Below the pieces are notes generated by a model, which saw only the letters and a program-made list of their open reading frames with translations, ran no database searches and was not told the DNA's origin. A DNA stretch of 64,000 bases. Origin: an uncultured Candidatus Bathyarchaeia archaeon. GTDB lineage: Archaea > Thermoproteota > Bathyarchaeia > 40CM-2-53-6. Location: NCBI GenBank assembly GCA_964559555.1, contig CAZLHM010000001.1, forward strand, positions 49,230 to 113,229. Direction: 5' to 3'. Both the position numbers and the translations under genes were made by a program. Positions 38,530 through 47,044 of this stretch are shown here, piece by piece (position 1 is the stretch's first letter; each line of letters starts with the position of its first letter).

Positions 38530-39374
38530 GCAGGATCCACCAAGGCTTCTATCTGTGCGTTCGGTGCGCGTATTCTTGCCTGCTGCTCGGTCGCAAAGTA
38601 TCCATATCTGGTCCAGATCGATTGAATGTCTTCTGAAGCGAGAAACTCAAGAAAAGCCGCTGCTAACGCCTCGTCGTGTGTGAATATGGTTGTGGCCCCC
38701 GCTATGTAACCGATCTTCGGTATCTTGCTCGGACCTATCCAAACAATATCCGCTTTCTGGGGGGTCCATGCCTGGAAGACGTGCCAACCTATGACCGCGT
38801 CAACGGCTTTCGCAGGAACCAACGCCGCGAGTGCATCACAGCTCTGAGCATAAACAACAATGTTTCTGCTCACGCTCTCCCAGAGACCGTTTCTCTCCAA
38901 TAATTCCTTGGCATAGAGTCCAACACAAACCGACTGCGGGTCTCCAATGCCCACGCGCAATCCGGGTCGAGCCAAGTCTTCCAAGGATGTTATGTTGCTG
39001 GGGTTTCCCTTCTGCACGATGATCGCTGGGACCAGATATGCGAGAATCTCAACGTGTCCAGCTGTGAGGTTCACCACTCCCAGCTCGGCTGCCTGCAACA
39101 GAAATTCCGGCGAACCAGGAATATACAGGTCTCCAGCCTTCGAGATTCTCATCGCCGAGAGTACACTGCCGGAGCCACCGAGCCGCAGCTCCACCTTGAT
39201 GCCGTGTTTGGCCTCGAACAGTCGGGCAGCCTCCTCCAAGACTGGGGCGCTCGCAGCACCTGCGAAGACGACTATCTTCTCTTCCATCGTGGAAAGAGAC
39301 GACCCCATTCCGGCAAAGACAAGTACCGCTGCTACAAGGGCCAAGATCAGGACTGCCATCGCGACCTTGTTCAT
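38526..39374 (-). CDS. Molybdate/tungstate periplasmic-type substrate-binding protein (ModA/WtpA family) with N-terminal membrane anchor
   Basis: Signal/anchor MNKVAMAVLILALVAAVLVFAG followed by an SBP fold (LRLGGSGSVLSAM, GIGDP). The gene order ABC is typical of a modABC/wtpABC operon. Metal specificity cannot be read from the sequence. Confidence 0.7.
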   Translation of the reverse strand: MNKVAMAVLILALVAAVLVFAGMGSSLSTMEEKIVVFAGAASAPVLEEAARLFEAKHGIKVELRLGGSGSVLSAMRISKAGDLYIPGSPEFLLQAAELGVVNLTAGHVEILAYLVPAIIVQKGNPSNITSLEDLARPGLRVGIGDPQSVCVGLYAKELLERNGLWESVSRNIVVYAQSCDALAALVPAKAVDAVIGWHVFQAWTPQKADIVWIGPSKIPKIGYIAGATTIFTHDEALAAAFLEFLASEDIQSIWTRYGYFATEQQARIRAPNAQIEALVDPA

Positions 39375-39499
39375 CTTCGCGCTGTCGTGCAACCGTCTTC
39401 CCTTCAAGGCCAAGAAGATTGGAGCTTACATAAACGCTGAGTGTAAGTACTATGACTTACCTCTGCGACGAACTCAAGCAAAGAGAAAAAGACGGGTCT

Positions 39500-39973
39500 T
39501 TAGAGCATCGCTTCCTCAGCTTCGTGTTCTCTGGCGCGTGACTCAATGTACTCTGCGACTTTCTCCTCAGTGTAGCGCTCCGATTCCTCCTGTTTCTTCA
39601 AGTGCTCCCTGATAGTGGACAGGAAGGCGTCCATATTCACTATCGGCTTCACAACATAGCCGTCTGCGCCCCGATTCACGGCTTGGATAGCGTTCTCCAA
39701 AGACGGATACCCAGTGACGATTATCTTGACAGTCCTCGGTTCCCTTTCTCGCATCGACGTAAGAAGTTCTGTGCCATCCATGTCTGGAAGGCGAATGTCG
39801 ATCAAGGCAAGGTTGTATGATTTGCTGTTGGATCTGTCGATCGCATCTCTTCCGGTTTCTGCCGTGTCTACAATGTACCCTTCTAGTTCAAGGATCTGTT
39901 TGAAGTTCCTTAGAACCGCCTTGTCATCGTCTACCGCCAGAATACGCTTGTTTCCCAAACAGCCTCCTCCCAC
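39500..39973 (-). CDS. Response regulator receiver-domain protein (CheY-like, stand-alone)
   Basis: Receiver-domain signatures ILAVDDD, a phospho-acceptor Asp in LALIDIRLPDMDG, and KIIVTGY. Confidence 0.8.
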   Translation of the reverse strand: MGGGCLGNKRILAVDDDKAVLRNFKQILELEGYIVDTAETGRDAIDRSNSKSYNLALIDIRLPDMDGTELLTSMREREPRTVKIIVTGYPSLENAIQAVNRGADGYVVKPIVNMDAFLSTIREHLKKQEESERYTEEKVAEYIESRAREHEAEEAML

Positions 39974-39974
39974 A

Positions 39975-42900
39975 TTACTTCCTCAAGGGGAGCCTGACCG
40001 TAAAGGTGGAACCTTCCCCGGGTCTGCTTTCGACCGTTATGCTTCCGCCGTGGGCTTCCACGATCCGCTTGCAGACTGGCAATCCTAATCCTTGTCCCTT
40101 GGGTTTGGTTGTAAAGAATGGGCTGAACATCTTATTGAGGTTCTCTTGTGGAATGCCGAGGCCGGTGTCTCGGAAGCTCACAAGCGCGTCTTCTCCTGTC
40201 CTCGAGGCGGCAATTCTGAGATCCCCTCCGGCCGGCATCGCCTGGATCGCGTTCGCGATCAGGTTTGTGAAGACTCGTTTCATCAGAGCAGAATCCACAG
40301 TCACCATCGGTAACCCTTCCTCAATGAAGATCGATAGCTTGACAGTCTCTGGAATGGTTACAGTCATACGTGCATCGTCCATTAGCCTCTGCATAGTGAT
40401 CTCGACCGGCCTAGGCTCTAATGGTGAGGCGTAGTCTTGCAGATCCGAGACGATCTTGTCCATGTAACGGATCTGCTCGTCAATTGTCTTGAACATCTCA
40501 ACAACACCACTCTCCTCAGCAAGCTTTGCATAAGTCGCAGGTAGGGCCTCGAACTTCTTCTGGGTCAAGTAGATCGTGCTGGTTATGGCCTGTAGGGGAT
40601 TGCGCAAGTCGTGGCCGACCATTGCCGTCGTTTCGCCGATGGCGGCCAGTCGCTCTGCCTGCTTCAGCTTCGATGTCCTCTCCTCGACTATTCGTTCAAG
40701 GTCTGAGCTGTGACGCTGTGCTTGGTCCAGAAGGCGTGCGTTTCCGACGGCGATAGCCGCGTGGTTCGCGAAGAGCTTCAGCAGTTCCATATCTCCCGGC
40801 GTGAAGTGTCTGATCTTTTCGTCCTCCAAGACATGTATGACCCCTACCAGTCGGTTCTGCCAGGTCATGGGCACGCTGAGGACCGCGGTGAAGGGTTTGT
40901 CCTCTTCATACGCAGCGGCTCGACCCTGCCAAACGCGATAGTCGTCGATGATGAGTGATTGTCCTGTCATCGCTACTGTGCCGGCTGCGCCCTCGCCGTA
41001 CTTGAGCACGAGTCCGGTGTAGTCACGTCCGGTATTGTAACTCACGACGCAACGGAGTTCCTTGCGTTCAGGATCGGACAGGTACATTCCTCCGCCATGA
41101 GCATGTAGCAACCTAGCCGCCCGCTCCACAATCGTGCGTAGAAGTTCCGGCAGGTCAGGCCTACCCGTCACGTCAAGAACAGTCTCCTGCAATGCAGTTA
41201 GCTGCTCCGCCCGATCGCGAAGGTTCTGCACCTGTCGCAGCCTAACCATCCCCGAGGAGACGTGCATCGCGAGTGTTTCAGTTAGCATCTGATCTGCCTT
41301 GGTGAAGGCACCAAGCTTCGTGCCTTCGACATTTAGGACGGAGACTACGGAGCCCTCTACAATCACAGGAACAGCCAGCTCAGACAGCATCTGTAGTGGT
41401 TCGCCGGTTGATGTCTTGATTCCAACGTCCACGTACGTTGGTTCAGTTCTCGTATCAGCGATCATGACCGTTTTTCCGGTTCTTACTACCTTGACCACTA
41501 CGCCGGGGCCGTCCAATGGTAGCTCCTTAACCGATCCTGGCATCCCTCTATATCCTCTGAGGCGAGCCAAACCATTCTCAACCACAACGAACCCGGCATA
41601 TTGGAAACCAAGCGTGAATTCCATCGCGTCGAGAGTGCTATTCACTACCTCATCCAAGTTGTCGGCTTTGCCAAGTTGCATCGAGTGTTTATGAAGAGCA
41701 TCCAGCTTCTCCTCCATCCTCTTGCGTTCTGTGATGTCTCTTACCACGCTGACCCATCCCACTCGCTCTCCCTTTTCGCTCAGTTCCGCGACAAAATGCT
41801 CTGATGGAAACACTGAACCATCCTTACGCCTCATATGGAACTCGGCCAGATGGAAGGGCAAACGACCCTGTGCTACGGCGGGATAGAGTTGACGTTGAAA
41901 CTCTCCAAGAGCATCCTTGCTTACATGGAGAAAATCAGTGCTCTTGCCTAGCATCTCCGCCTTCTCATAGCCGAAGACGCTGCAGGCCGCCGTGTTACAT
42001 TCTAATATCTTGGGCGCGCTGGGAGGAGTAGTCGCGTCTAGAAGGAAGATGGCGTCAGACATGCTGTCGTAGGTCTTCTGAAGCACTTCGGTTTGGCGAC
42101 GAATTGCCTCTTCCATCTTCTTACGATCCGTGATGTCTCTTAGTGCCCCTTCATAGTAGAGGACTCTGCCCTTCTGGTCGCGCACAACGTGAGTATTGGC
42201 TAGGACCACCAAGTGCTGACCATCCTTCCGTCTCAAGTTGATTTCGACATTGCGCAGTTCGCCGGCTAGCTCCAGTCTCTTCAGCAGAATGTCCCTGTCT
42301 TTGTCTTTCACATACAAATCACGAGCCACATCAACAGCTAGAAGTTCGGCTTCCGACCCGTAGCCCAGCATTCGCACAAGCTCCGGGTTCGCTACGAGCA
42401 TCTTCCCGTCTGGGGTTGTTCGGTAGATTCCAGAAGGTATCTCCTCGAAGAGTGTGCGATACTTCAGCTCGGATGCTCGAAGAGCCTCCTCCATTTGCCT
42501 TCGTTCGGTTATGTCCGTTCCTGAGCTGAGCGTGCACACGATACGGCCCTCGGCGTCCCTAAGGATCGTGTTCTGCCAAGCGATTAGGAGCTCGGTCCCG
42601 TCTCGTGTCAGAACAGGATTCTCATAGTACTCGACCAGCTCAAGTTTGCCTGCCATCAGCTTCCTGAAGACCGACCTGACTTCCTCACGCAGTCTGGCGG
42701 GCAGAAATGTGTCAAACCAATTCTTCCCAAGTGCTTCTTCCCGAGCGTATCCCAGAAACTCGCATGCCTTCCGGTTGAGTAGAGTGACTCGCTCGTCCTT
42801 GTCGATGGCTACCATTATCACGCCGGCAACATCTAGGTACGCAGTTGCTTTGTCTCGCTCCTGTGTGAGCTCGTCCTGTATTCGCTTGTAGTCAGTAACG

Positions 42901-43364
42901 TCCAAAATGATTGCTTGGAATCCCACAGTTTCGCCTTTGATCCTGAGTCTCGTGGGCCTGGAGACTAGGTGAAGAACTTGACCATCCTTGCGCATCGCTC
43001 GTAACTCTATGTTACCGCCTATTGATCTCGAAACTCCCTCTTGGAATAGGGTAGTGATCCTCTCTCTGTCTTCCGGATGCAGCAAGTCAACGAATGGTCT
43101 GCCAACCAGCTCTCGGACGGAATAGCCTACCAGGTCAGCCAGTGCGCTGTTGGCGTACGTAATCCGGCCCGTCAGATCACTCATGGCAATCGGAACGACG
43201 GCTTTCTTCACTAGACTCTGGAACCTTCCCTCGCTCTCTCGGAAAGCCCGCCTAGTTTGTTTCCTCTTTCTGAGCCTGCTGATACGACGCGCTACTGTCT
43301 TCCTTGTCACCTTCATGTGACCTCTAGTCCTAGGCATGCTACTCTTCCTCACTCCTTTTCTCAA
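39975..43364 (-). CDS. Multi-domain sensor histidine kinase (multiple PAS/PAC + GAF domains, HisKA, HATPase_c)
   Basis: 1129 aa with repeated PAS-like blocks (...ITERKRMEE..., ...DITDRKKMEE..., ...DITERRQMEE...), GAF-like segments, an H-box (AMVGHDLRNPL) and an ATP-lid (GLGLPVCKRIVEAHGG). Confidence 0.85.
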   Translation of the reverse strand: MRKGVRKSSMPRTRGHMKVTRKTVARRISRLRKRKQTRRAFRESEGRFQSLVKKAVVPIAMSDLTGRITYANSALADLVGYSVRELVGRPFVDLLHPEDRERITTLFQEGVSRSIGGNIELRAMRKDGQVLHLVSRPTRLRIKGETVGFQAIILDVTDYKRIQDELTQERDKATAYLDVAGVIMVAIDKDERVTLLNRKACEFLGYAREEALGKNWFDTFLPARLREEVRSVFRKLMAGKLELVEYYENPVLTRDGTELLIAWQNTILRDAEGRIVCTLSSGTDITERRQMEEALRASELKYRTLFEEIPSGIYRTTPDGKMLVANPELVRMLGYGSEAELLAVDVARDLYVKDKDRDILLKRLELAGELRNVEINLRRKDGQHLVVLANTHVVRDQKGRVLYYEGALRDITDRKKMEEAIRRQTEVLQKTYDSMSDAIFLLDATTPPSAPKILECNTAACSVFGYEKAEMLGKSTDFLHVSKDALGEFQRQLYPAVAQGRLPFHLAEFHMRRKDGSVFPSEHFVAELSEKGERVGWVSVVRDITERKRMEEKLDALHKHSMQLGKADNLDEVVNSTLDAMEFTLGFQYAGFVVVENGLARLRGYRGMPGSVKELPLDGPGVVVKVVRTGKTVMIADTRTEPTYVDVGIKTSTGEPLQMLSELAVPVIVEGSVVSVLNVEGTKLGAFTKADQMLTETLAMHVSSGMVRLRQVQNLRDRAEQLTALQETVLDVTGRPDLPELLRTIVERAARLLHAHGGGMYLSDPERKELRCVVSYNTGRDYTGLVLKYGEGAAGTVAMTGQSLIIDDYRVWQGRAAAYEEDKPFTAVLSVPMTWQNRLVGVIHVLEDEKIRHFTPGDMELLKLFANHAAIAVGNARLLDQAQRHSSDLERIVEERTSKLKQAERLAAIGETTAMVGHDLRNPLQAITSTIYLTQKKFEALPATYAKLAEESGVVEMFKTIDEQIRYMDKIVSDLQDYASPLEPRPVEITMQRLMDDARMTVTIPETVKLSIFIEEGLPMVTVDSALMKRVFTNLIANAIQAMPAGGDLRIAASRTGEDALVSFRDTGLGIPQENLNKMFSPFFTTKPKGQGLGLPVCKRIVEAHGGSITVESRPGEGSTFTVRLPLRK

Positions 43365-43408
43365 TCCCTTTTCTCACCAGATCTCAGATCTCACCCGTCA
43401 TCAGAGTC

Positions 43409-43783
43409 CTACCTCACGACCGTCTTCACCTGCTCCACGTACTCGACAAGCGTCCATTCTACTCTTGGGGTGAAGTTCAAGCCGAGCCTCTGGTAGAGAT
43501 TCTTGGCGATGAGCCTCTCAACCGTCGCAGCACCAGTACCCAATATATCCGTGAGCGCAGTGTGAAAAGCGTCAAGCTTCTCAGGAATACTCTCACGCTT
43601 GAGCCCATACATCTTCTCAATTTGATCATAGATTGTCTGCCTCACAGTTGCGCCGAGAACATTCAGTCCATGATCCACGGCATCAAGCAGCACCTTCGCG
43701 AAATCCACAGACTGATTCGAGGAATTCACCCGCCACTGGGAGGCTGGGGACCGTCGAGGCTTCCGAGGACTCGGCGTTGTCAC
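43409..43783 (-). CDS. Hypothetical protein (possible regulatory partner of the HK/RR pair)
   Basis: 124 aa in a clean frame immediately upstream of the HK on the same strand. No confident family assignment. Confidence 0.3.
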   Translation of the reverse strand: MTTPSPRKPRRSPASQWRVNSSNQSVDFAKVLLDAVDHGLNVLGATVRQTIYDQIEKMYGLKRESIPEKLDAFHTALTDILGTGAATVERLIAKNLYQRLGLNFTPRVEWTLVEYVEQVKTVVR

Positions 43784-44016
43784 TATTCATAGGCGGGGAA
43801 AACGGGATAAACGTTCTGGGACCACAGTTCACATTGCGCATCGGAGTCTCCCATGAGCCTCGCATGGAGAATGAACTCAAAACAAACTATGTCAATTCAC
43901 GCAAGCGATTCATTGTCTCTCGATTTGACAGCGAGCGAAAGAACCAGTCAACGAGGTCTCTGGGAGTGACAGTCAAGTACCGCACATCGAGGCTATTGCC
44001 TGAAGTTAAGGAGACG

Positions 44017-44481
44017 ATGAGAAGAGGCTACAGGATCGGTGACAGGATACCAATGGCCAAGTACGCTATTGTGAGCCTCGCTACCGGGGTCCTCTTCGGC
44101 ATCATGGATGGGCTGATTAACGCCAACCCGATTGCGGAGAGTGTGTATGCGTTCTACGGCCCCATCAGAAGGACATCTGTAAACGTTCTTGCCGGCGTTC
44201 TGATCGACCTCTACTATGGATTCGTACTCGCTGGAACGTTCATCCTACTCTTTAGGAGCCTGCCCGGCCGTAGGGGCTGGGTTAAGGGTGTCAGTTTCGC
44301 GCTTCTCGTTTGGTTCTTCCGAGTTGTGATGCATACAGCATCGGAGTGGATGATACTCGAAGTGCCAGTTGTGGCATCACTCTATTCACTTGTCACAGGG
44401 CTTGCAGAGATGCTTGTCCTTGGTAGCCTGTATGGGCTCACACTGAAACCTCTGATCCAAAGTGCTTCTGCCAACGGCTGA
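44017..44481 (+). CDS. Hypothetical integral membrane protein
   Basis: About four hydrophobic helices (AIVSLATGVLFGIM, VLAGVLIDLYYGFVLAGTFILLF, VSFALLVWFF, VVASLYSLVTGLAEMLVLGSLYGL). The ORF-track start at 43633 is rejected because it overlaps the opposite-strand gene. Confidence 0.4.
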   Translation: MRRGYRIGDRIPMAKYAIVSLATGVLFGIMDGLINANPIAESVYAFYGPIRRTSVNVLAGVLIDLYYGFVLAGTFILLFRSLPGRRGWVKGVSFALLVWFFRVVMHTASEWMILEVPVVASLYSLVTGLAEMLVLGSLYGLTLKPLIQSASANG

Positions 44482-44491
44482 GTCGAGCTGC

Positions 44492-44857
44492 TCATTGAAT
44501 GCGCTGTCCGAGAATCATAGTTGGCGTCGTCACTAGACATCGCGCGAACTCCTTGAAGAAGTGCTCTAGGCCTGACTTGGTTGCTTTCCCGTGTACCATT
44601 TCGTCTTCAAGCTCCCAATATAGAACATACGTGGACTCCCTGGGCCGCCGAGTAAGCTTGATCGGGGGAAGGCCCTTCTTGGCGGAACTGAAATCTCGAT
44701 GTCTATGGGTTCTCTTCATGTAGCGTACATCTCTAACGCCCCGAAAACTTCGATGATGCTCGACGACGCGGCTAACCAGTTGCTCAAACTCCGTAACCCT
44801 CTCAGGCTTGACCTTGTAGATGCAAACCTCCACAAACCTCTCGGATCTATGACCCAT
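44492..44857 (-). CDS. Hypothetical protein, possibly ABM (antibiotic-biosynthesis monooxygenase)-like fold
   Basis: 121 aa. N-terminal FVEVCIYKVKPERVTEFEQL resembles the Dabb/ABM beta-alpha-beta start. Weak. Confidence 0.25.
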   Translation of the reverse strand: MGHRSERFVEVCIYKVKPERVTEFEQLVSRVVEHHRSFRGVRDVRYMKRTHRHRDFSSAKKGLPPIKLTRRPRESTYVLYWELEDEMVHGKATKSGLEHFFKEFARCLVTTPTMILGQRIQ

Positions 44858-45146
44858 TGACCAATCCCTCCTTCTCCATTCTTACTCCTTCCGTCATACG
44901 TGTATCAGTATGGCATGCACGTTGACCCTTTGGGCAGCTCCACAAGAACTCCACTCTTGAACTCCGTGCCTGAGGAAAAGACACCACATTTGCCGAAGAC
45001 GCACATCCGTGAAGAGACCAGGCGGAGCAGGCGATTGGAGACGTGTGGTAGGGAGAACTTGAGGATGCCACGCGCCATAGATAACGGATAAGAGGTAATA
45101 TCAGAGAGAGTGCGTCGTCAGATCAGTTTGATTGACCACGCCATGA

Positions 45147-45920
45147 GGCCCATCCGTAGACGAAGATGGGAGGGAGGAGTCGCTGCCTACATTCAGTTTC
45201 ACATTTGATGACGGAAACTCCTCGCAGCTCACCGACTACTATCCAGTCCTGAGGAGACATCGGTTTCCTGCAACCTTCTATTTGATAGCAAGCGAAATAG
45301 GAATTCGTGGCAGACTGTCGGTTGACAATGTGCATGAGCTCCTCGCTGAGGGAAACGAGATCGGCAGTCACGGTCTAACCCACAGATCATTAGCGGAACT
45401 CGGGCCGAGTCAACTACGTAGTGAAGTTGAACGAAGCCGGCAGATTCTCACAGATTTCGATGTGAGAAGCTTCGCATATCCGTATGGGCATTATGACGAA
45501 AAGATCGCGACAGAAGTAGCCCGCTACTACGATTCGGCACGCGCCTACAGCCGCGTACCAGTGCCTAACGTGGCAGAACAGGTGGACAAGTATGCGCTTC
45601 AAGCTTTCTCAATTGAAGGCAGGTTCGAGTCGCGAATAGATCCGAGAATGCCTGACTTTATCATGCGTAGAGAGGGCATCATGGAATCCAAGGATTGGTA
45701 TATTCTGATCCTGCACGGCCGAGCTTCGGCCAGGATCCCGACTCGTCCACGTGACCTCACAATAGAACAGATGCGCGGTTACATGAACTATTTGCGAGCC
45801 ACGCTGAAGTCCAATCGAGTTCAGTTCTTGCGGAATCTCGAAGCATTCTGTGAACATCTCGCTCAAGAGAAGATCACCGTCACTACAGTATCTGATGGAG
45901 TGGCGCGGCTATCGCCCTGA
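45147..45920 (+). CDS. Polysaccharide deacetylase (NodB/CE4 family); catalytic N-terminal motif lies upstream of the first canonical start
   Basis: In-frame LPTFSFTFDDG (the catalytic Asp-Asp motif) at 45183-45215 and the downstream His-rich metal site (GSHGLTH). The first ATG/GTG/TTG in this frame is 45282, and only a CTG at 45183 precedes the motif. An ATG at 45143 is in the -1 frame, next to a purine-rich slippery-looking gggagggaggag. Confidence 0.55.
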   Translation, partial: GPSVDEDGREESLPTFSFTFDDGNSSQLTDYYPVLRRHRFPATFYLIASEIGIRGRLSVDNVHELLAEGNEIGSHGLTHRSLAELGPSQLRSEVERSRQILTDFDVRSFAYPYGHYDEKIATEVARYYDSARAYSRVPVPNVAEQVDKYALQAFSIEGRFESRIDPRMPDFIMRREGIMESKDWYILILHGRASARIPTRPRDLTIEQMRGYMNYLRATLKSNRVQFLRNLEAFCEHLAQEKITVTTVSDGVARLSP

Positions 45921-46107
45921 CGGGGCGTTCGAGGACACAGAGCATGATGCTGAAGTTGCTGTCGGAAAAATGGGTAGCAAGTTCCTAGTGGCAGTTTTCT
46001 TGAGAGTCGGCAATAGCATCGAAGTTATGACAATCTACCATACTCGGGAACTCGAGAAGCTGGTCTCATCGAAGCTGCAAAGAGGTGCTTGGAGGAGAGT
46101 CAAATGA
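45895..46107 (+). CDS. DUF4258-like small protein (putative toxin of a DUF4258/DUF2283 pair)
   Basis: ~70 aa ending ...KFLVAVFLRVGNSIEVMTIYHTRE, overlapping the start of the DUF2283 gene by 19 nt. Confidence 0.4.
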   Translation: MEWRGYRPDGAFEDTEHDAEVAVGKMGSKFLVAVFLRVGNSIEVMTIYHTRELEKLVSSKLQRGAWRRVK

Positions 46108-46301
46108 AGGTCCACTACGACAAGGAGTATGACATCCTATACTTGACGTTCAAGGACGGACCGAGTCATGACGTCATCGAATCGGCTCCTAACGTTGTGC
46201 TGGAGCTTGATGAGAAGAAAGAGATAACGGGCTTGGAGAGCTGGGACGCCAAGAAGACAGGACTTGTCGAGCAGGTCGCCAAGACCGCCGCGAGTTCATA
46301 G
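46089..46301 (+). CDS. DUF2283-family small protein (putative antitoxin)
   Basis: 70 aa with MKVHYDKEYDILYLTFKDGPSHDVIESAPNVVLELDEKKEITGLE, the characteristic DUF2283 pattern (YD.E.D.LYI...). Confidence 0.5.
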   Translation: MEESQMKVHYDKEYDILYLTFKDGPSHDVIESAPNVVLELDEKKEITGLESWDAKKTGLVEQVAKTAASS

Positions 46302-46510
46302 CTTGATCTTGTGACTGAAATCCCTAGCCTCAGTTATGCCATCGGACATACTGAGTCCTTCAGTGTTATCATGGGGTTTGGACCCATGGATCACCAGTAT
46401 GAATTCTGTCGAGCTTGCCCTTCTTGATGGGGATTGTCACGGAACTCAGCACTCGTAACACGAAATCGCGTTGCTCAGACCTCTGACTTTGAAGAAACTA
46501 GCTGCCACGC

Positions 46511-46535
46511 AAGAGTGGTGAATGTGCGGGAGGGG
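46511..46535. repeat. Distal copy (attL-like) of a direct repeat matching the 3' end + trailer of tRNA-Leu(CAG)
   Basis: aagagtggtgaATgtgcgggagggg here versus aagagtggtga--gtgcgggagggg at 48555-48577, i.e. 23 of 23 aligned bases with one 2-nt indel. The second copy overlaps the last 11 nt of the tRNA gene. Confidence 0.5.
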
Positions 46536-47010
46536 CGTCTCCAATCTCAGATTGGATGCGCACTTACTCCTTCGCCCTTGGATTCTGAGACGATTAAGGA
46601 CAATCCGGCGCAACATTTCAGTGTTGTCGTCCCGAGTTTCATGAGTTGTATGATATCGTGTTGCCGTGACCTGTGGCGGACGACTGAGGCTTCGAGCGTT
46701 TTCCTCTAGGAGATTATTCCGAAGCCATAGAACCTTGTCACAAGCCTTGAGGTTGTGTCTTCAATTGAACCCGTTTCGACAATGAGCCGAGGCTGGTGAT
46801 CTAGAGTCTGAACTGAGCACGATTCGTCAGACTAGCCGAGAATCCGAAGAACTTCTCCATGCTCACTCTGGAACCGGATAGAACTCTTAGTGGGCGACAG
46901 CGAGGAACAATACCTTCGAGCTATCACCTGCTGGGGAGGACGACAACTCACTGTCCCAGCCCCCACACCTTATCAGCTACTCAAGGTTAGGTTGTTGGCG
47001 TGGCAATTGC

Positions 47011-47018
47011 TTATAGGA
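47011..47018 (+). promoter_or_regulatory. Candidate TATA box (TTATAGGA) for the DarT-macro gene
   Basis: Centred ~30 nt upstream of the ATG at 47045, consistent with a leaderless or short-leader archaeal transcript. This also argues against the GTG-47000 start. Confidence 0.3.
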
Positions 47019-47044
47019 ATGTAGAACCCGACTTCGGTGGTGAC

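Noticed and set aside
43633-44016. Long N-terminal extension of the membrane-protein ORF (ORF-track start 43633)
   Set aside because: The extension is non-hydrophobic and Arg/Ser-rich, and it overlaps the opposite-strand 124-aa gene. An internal ATG at 44017 gives a coherent 4-TM protein.
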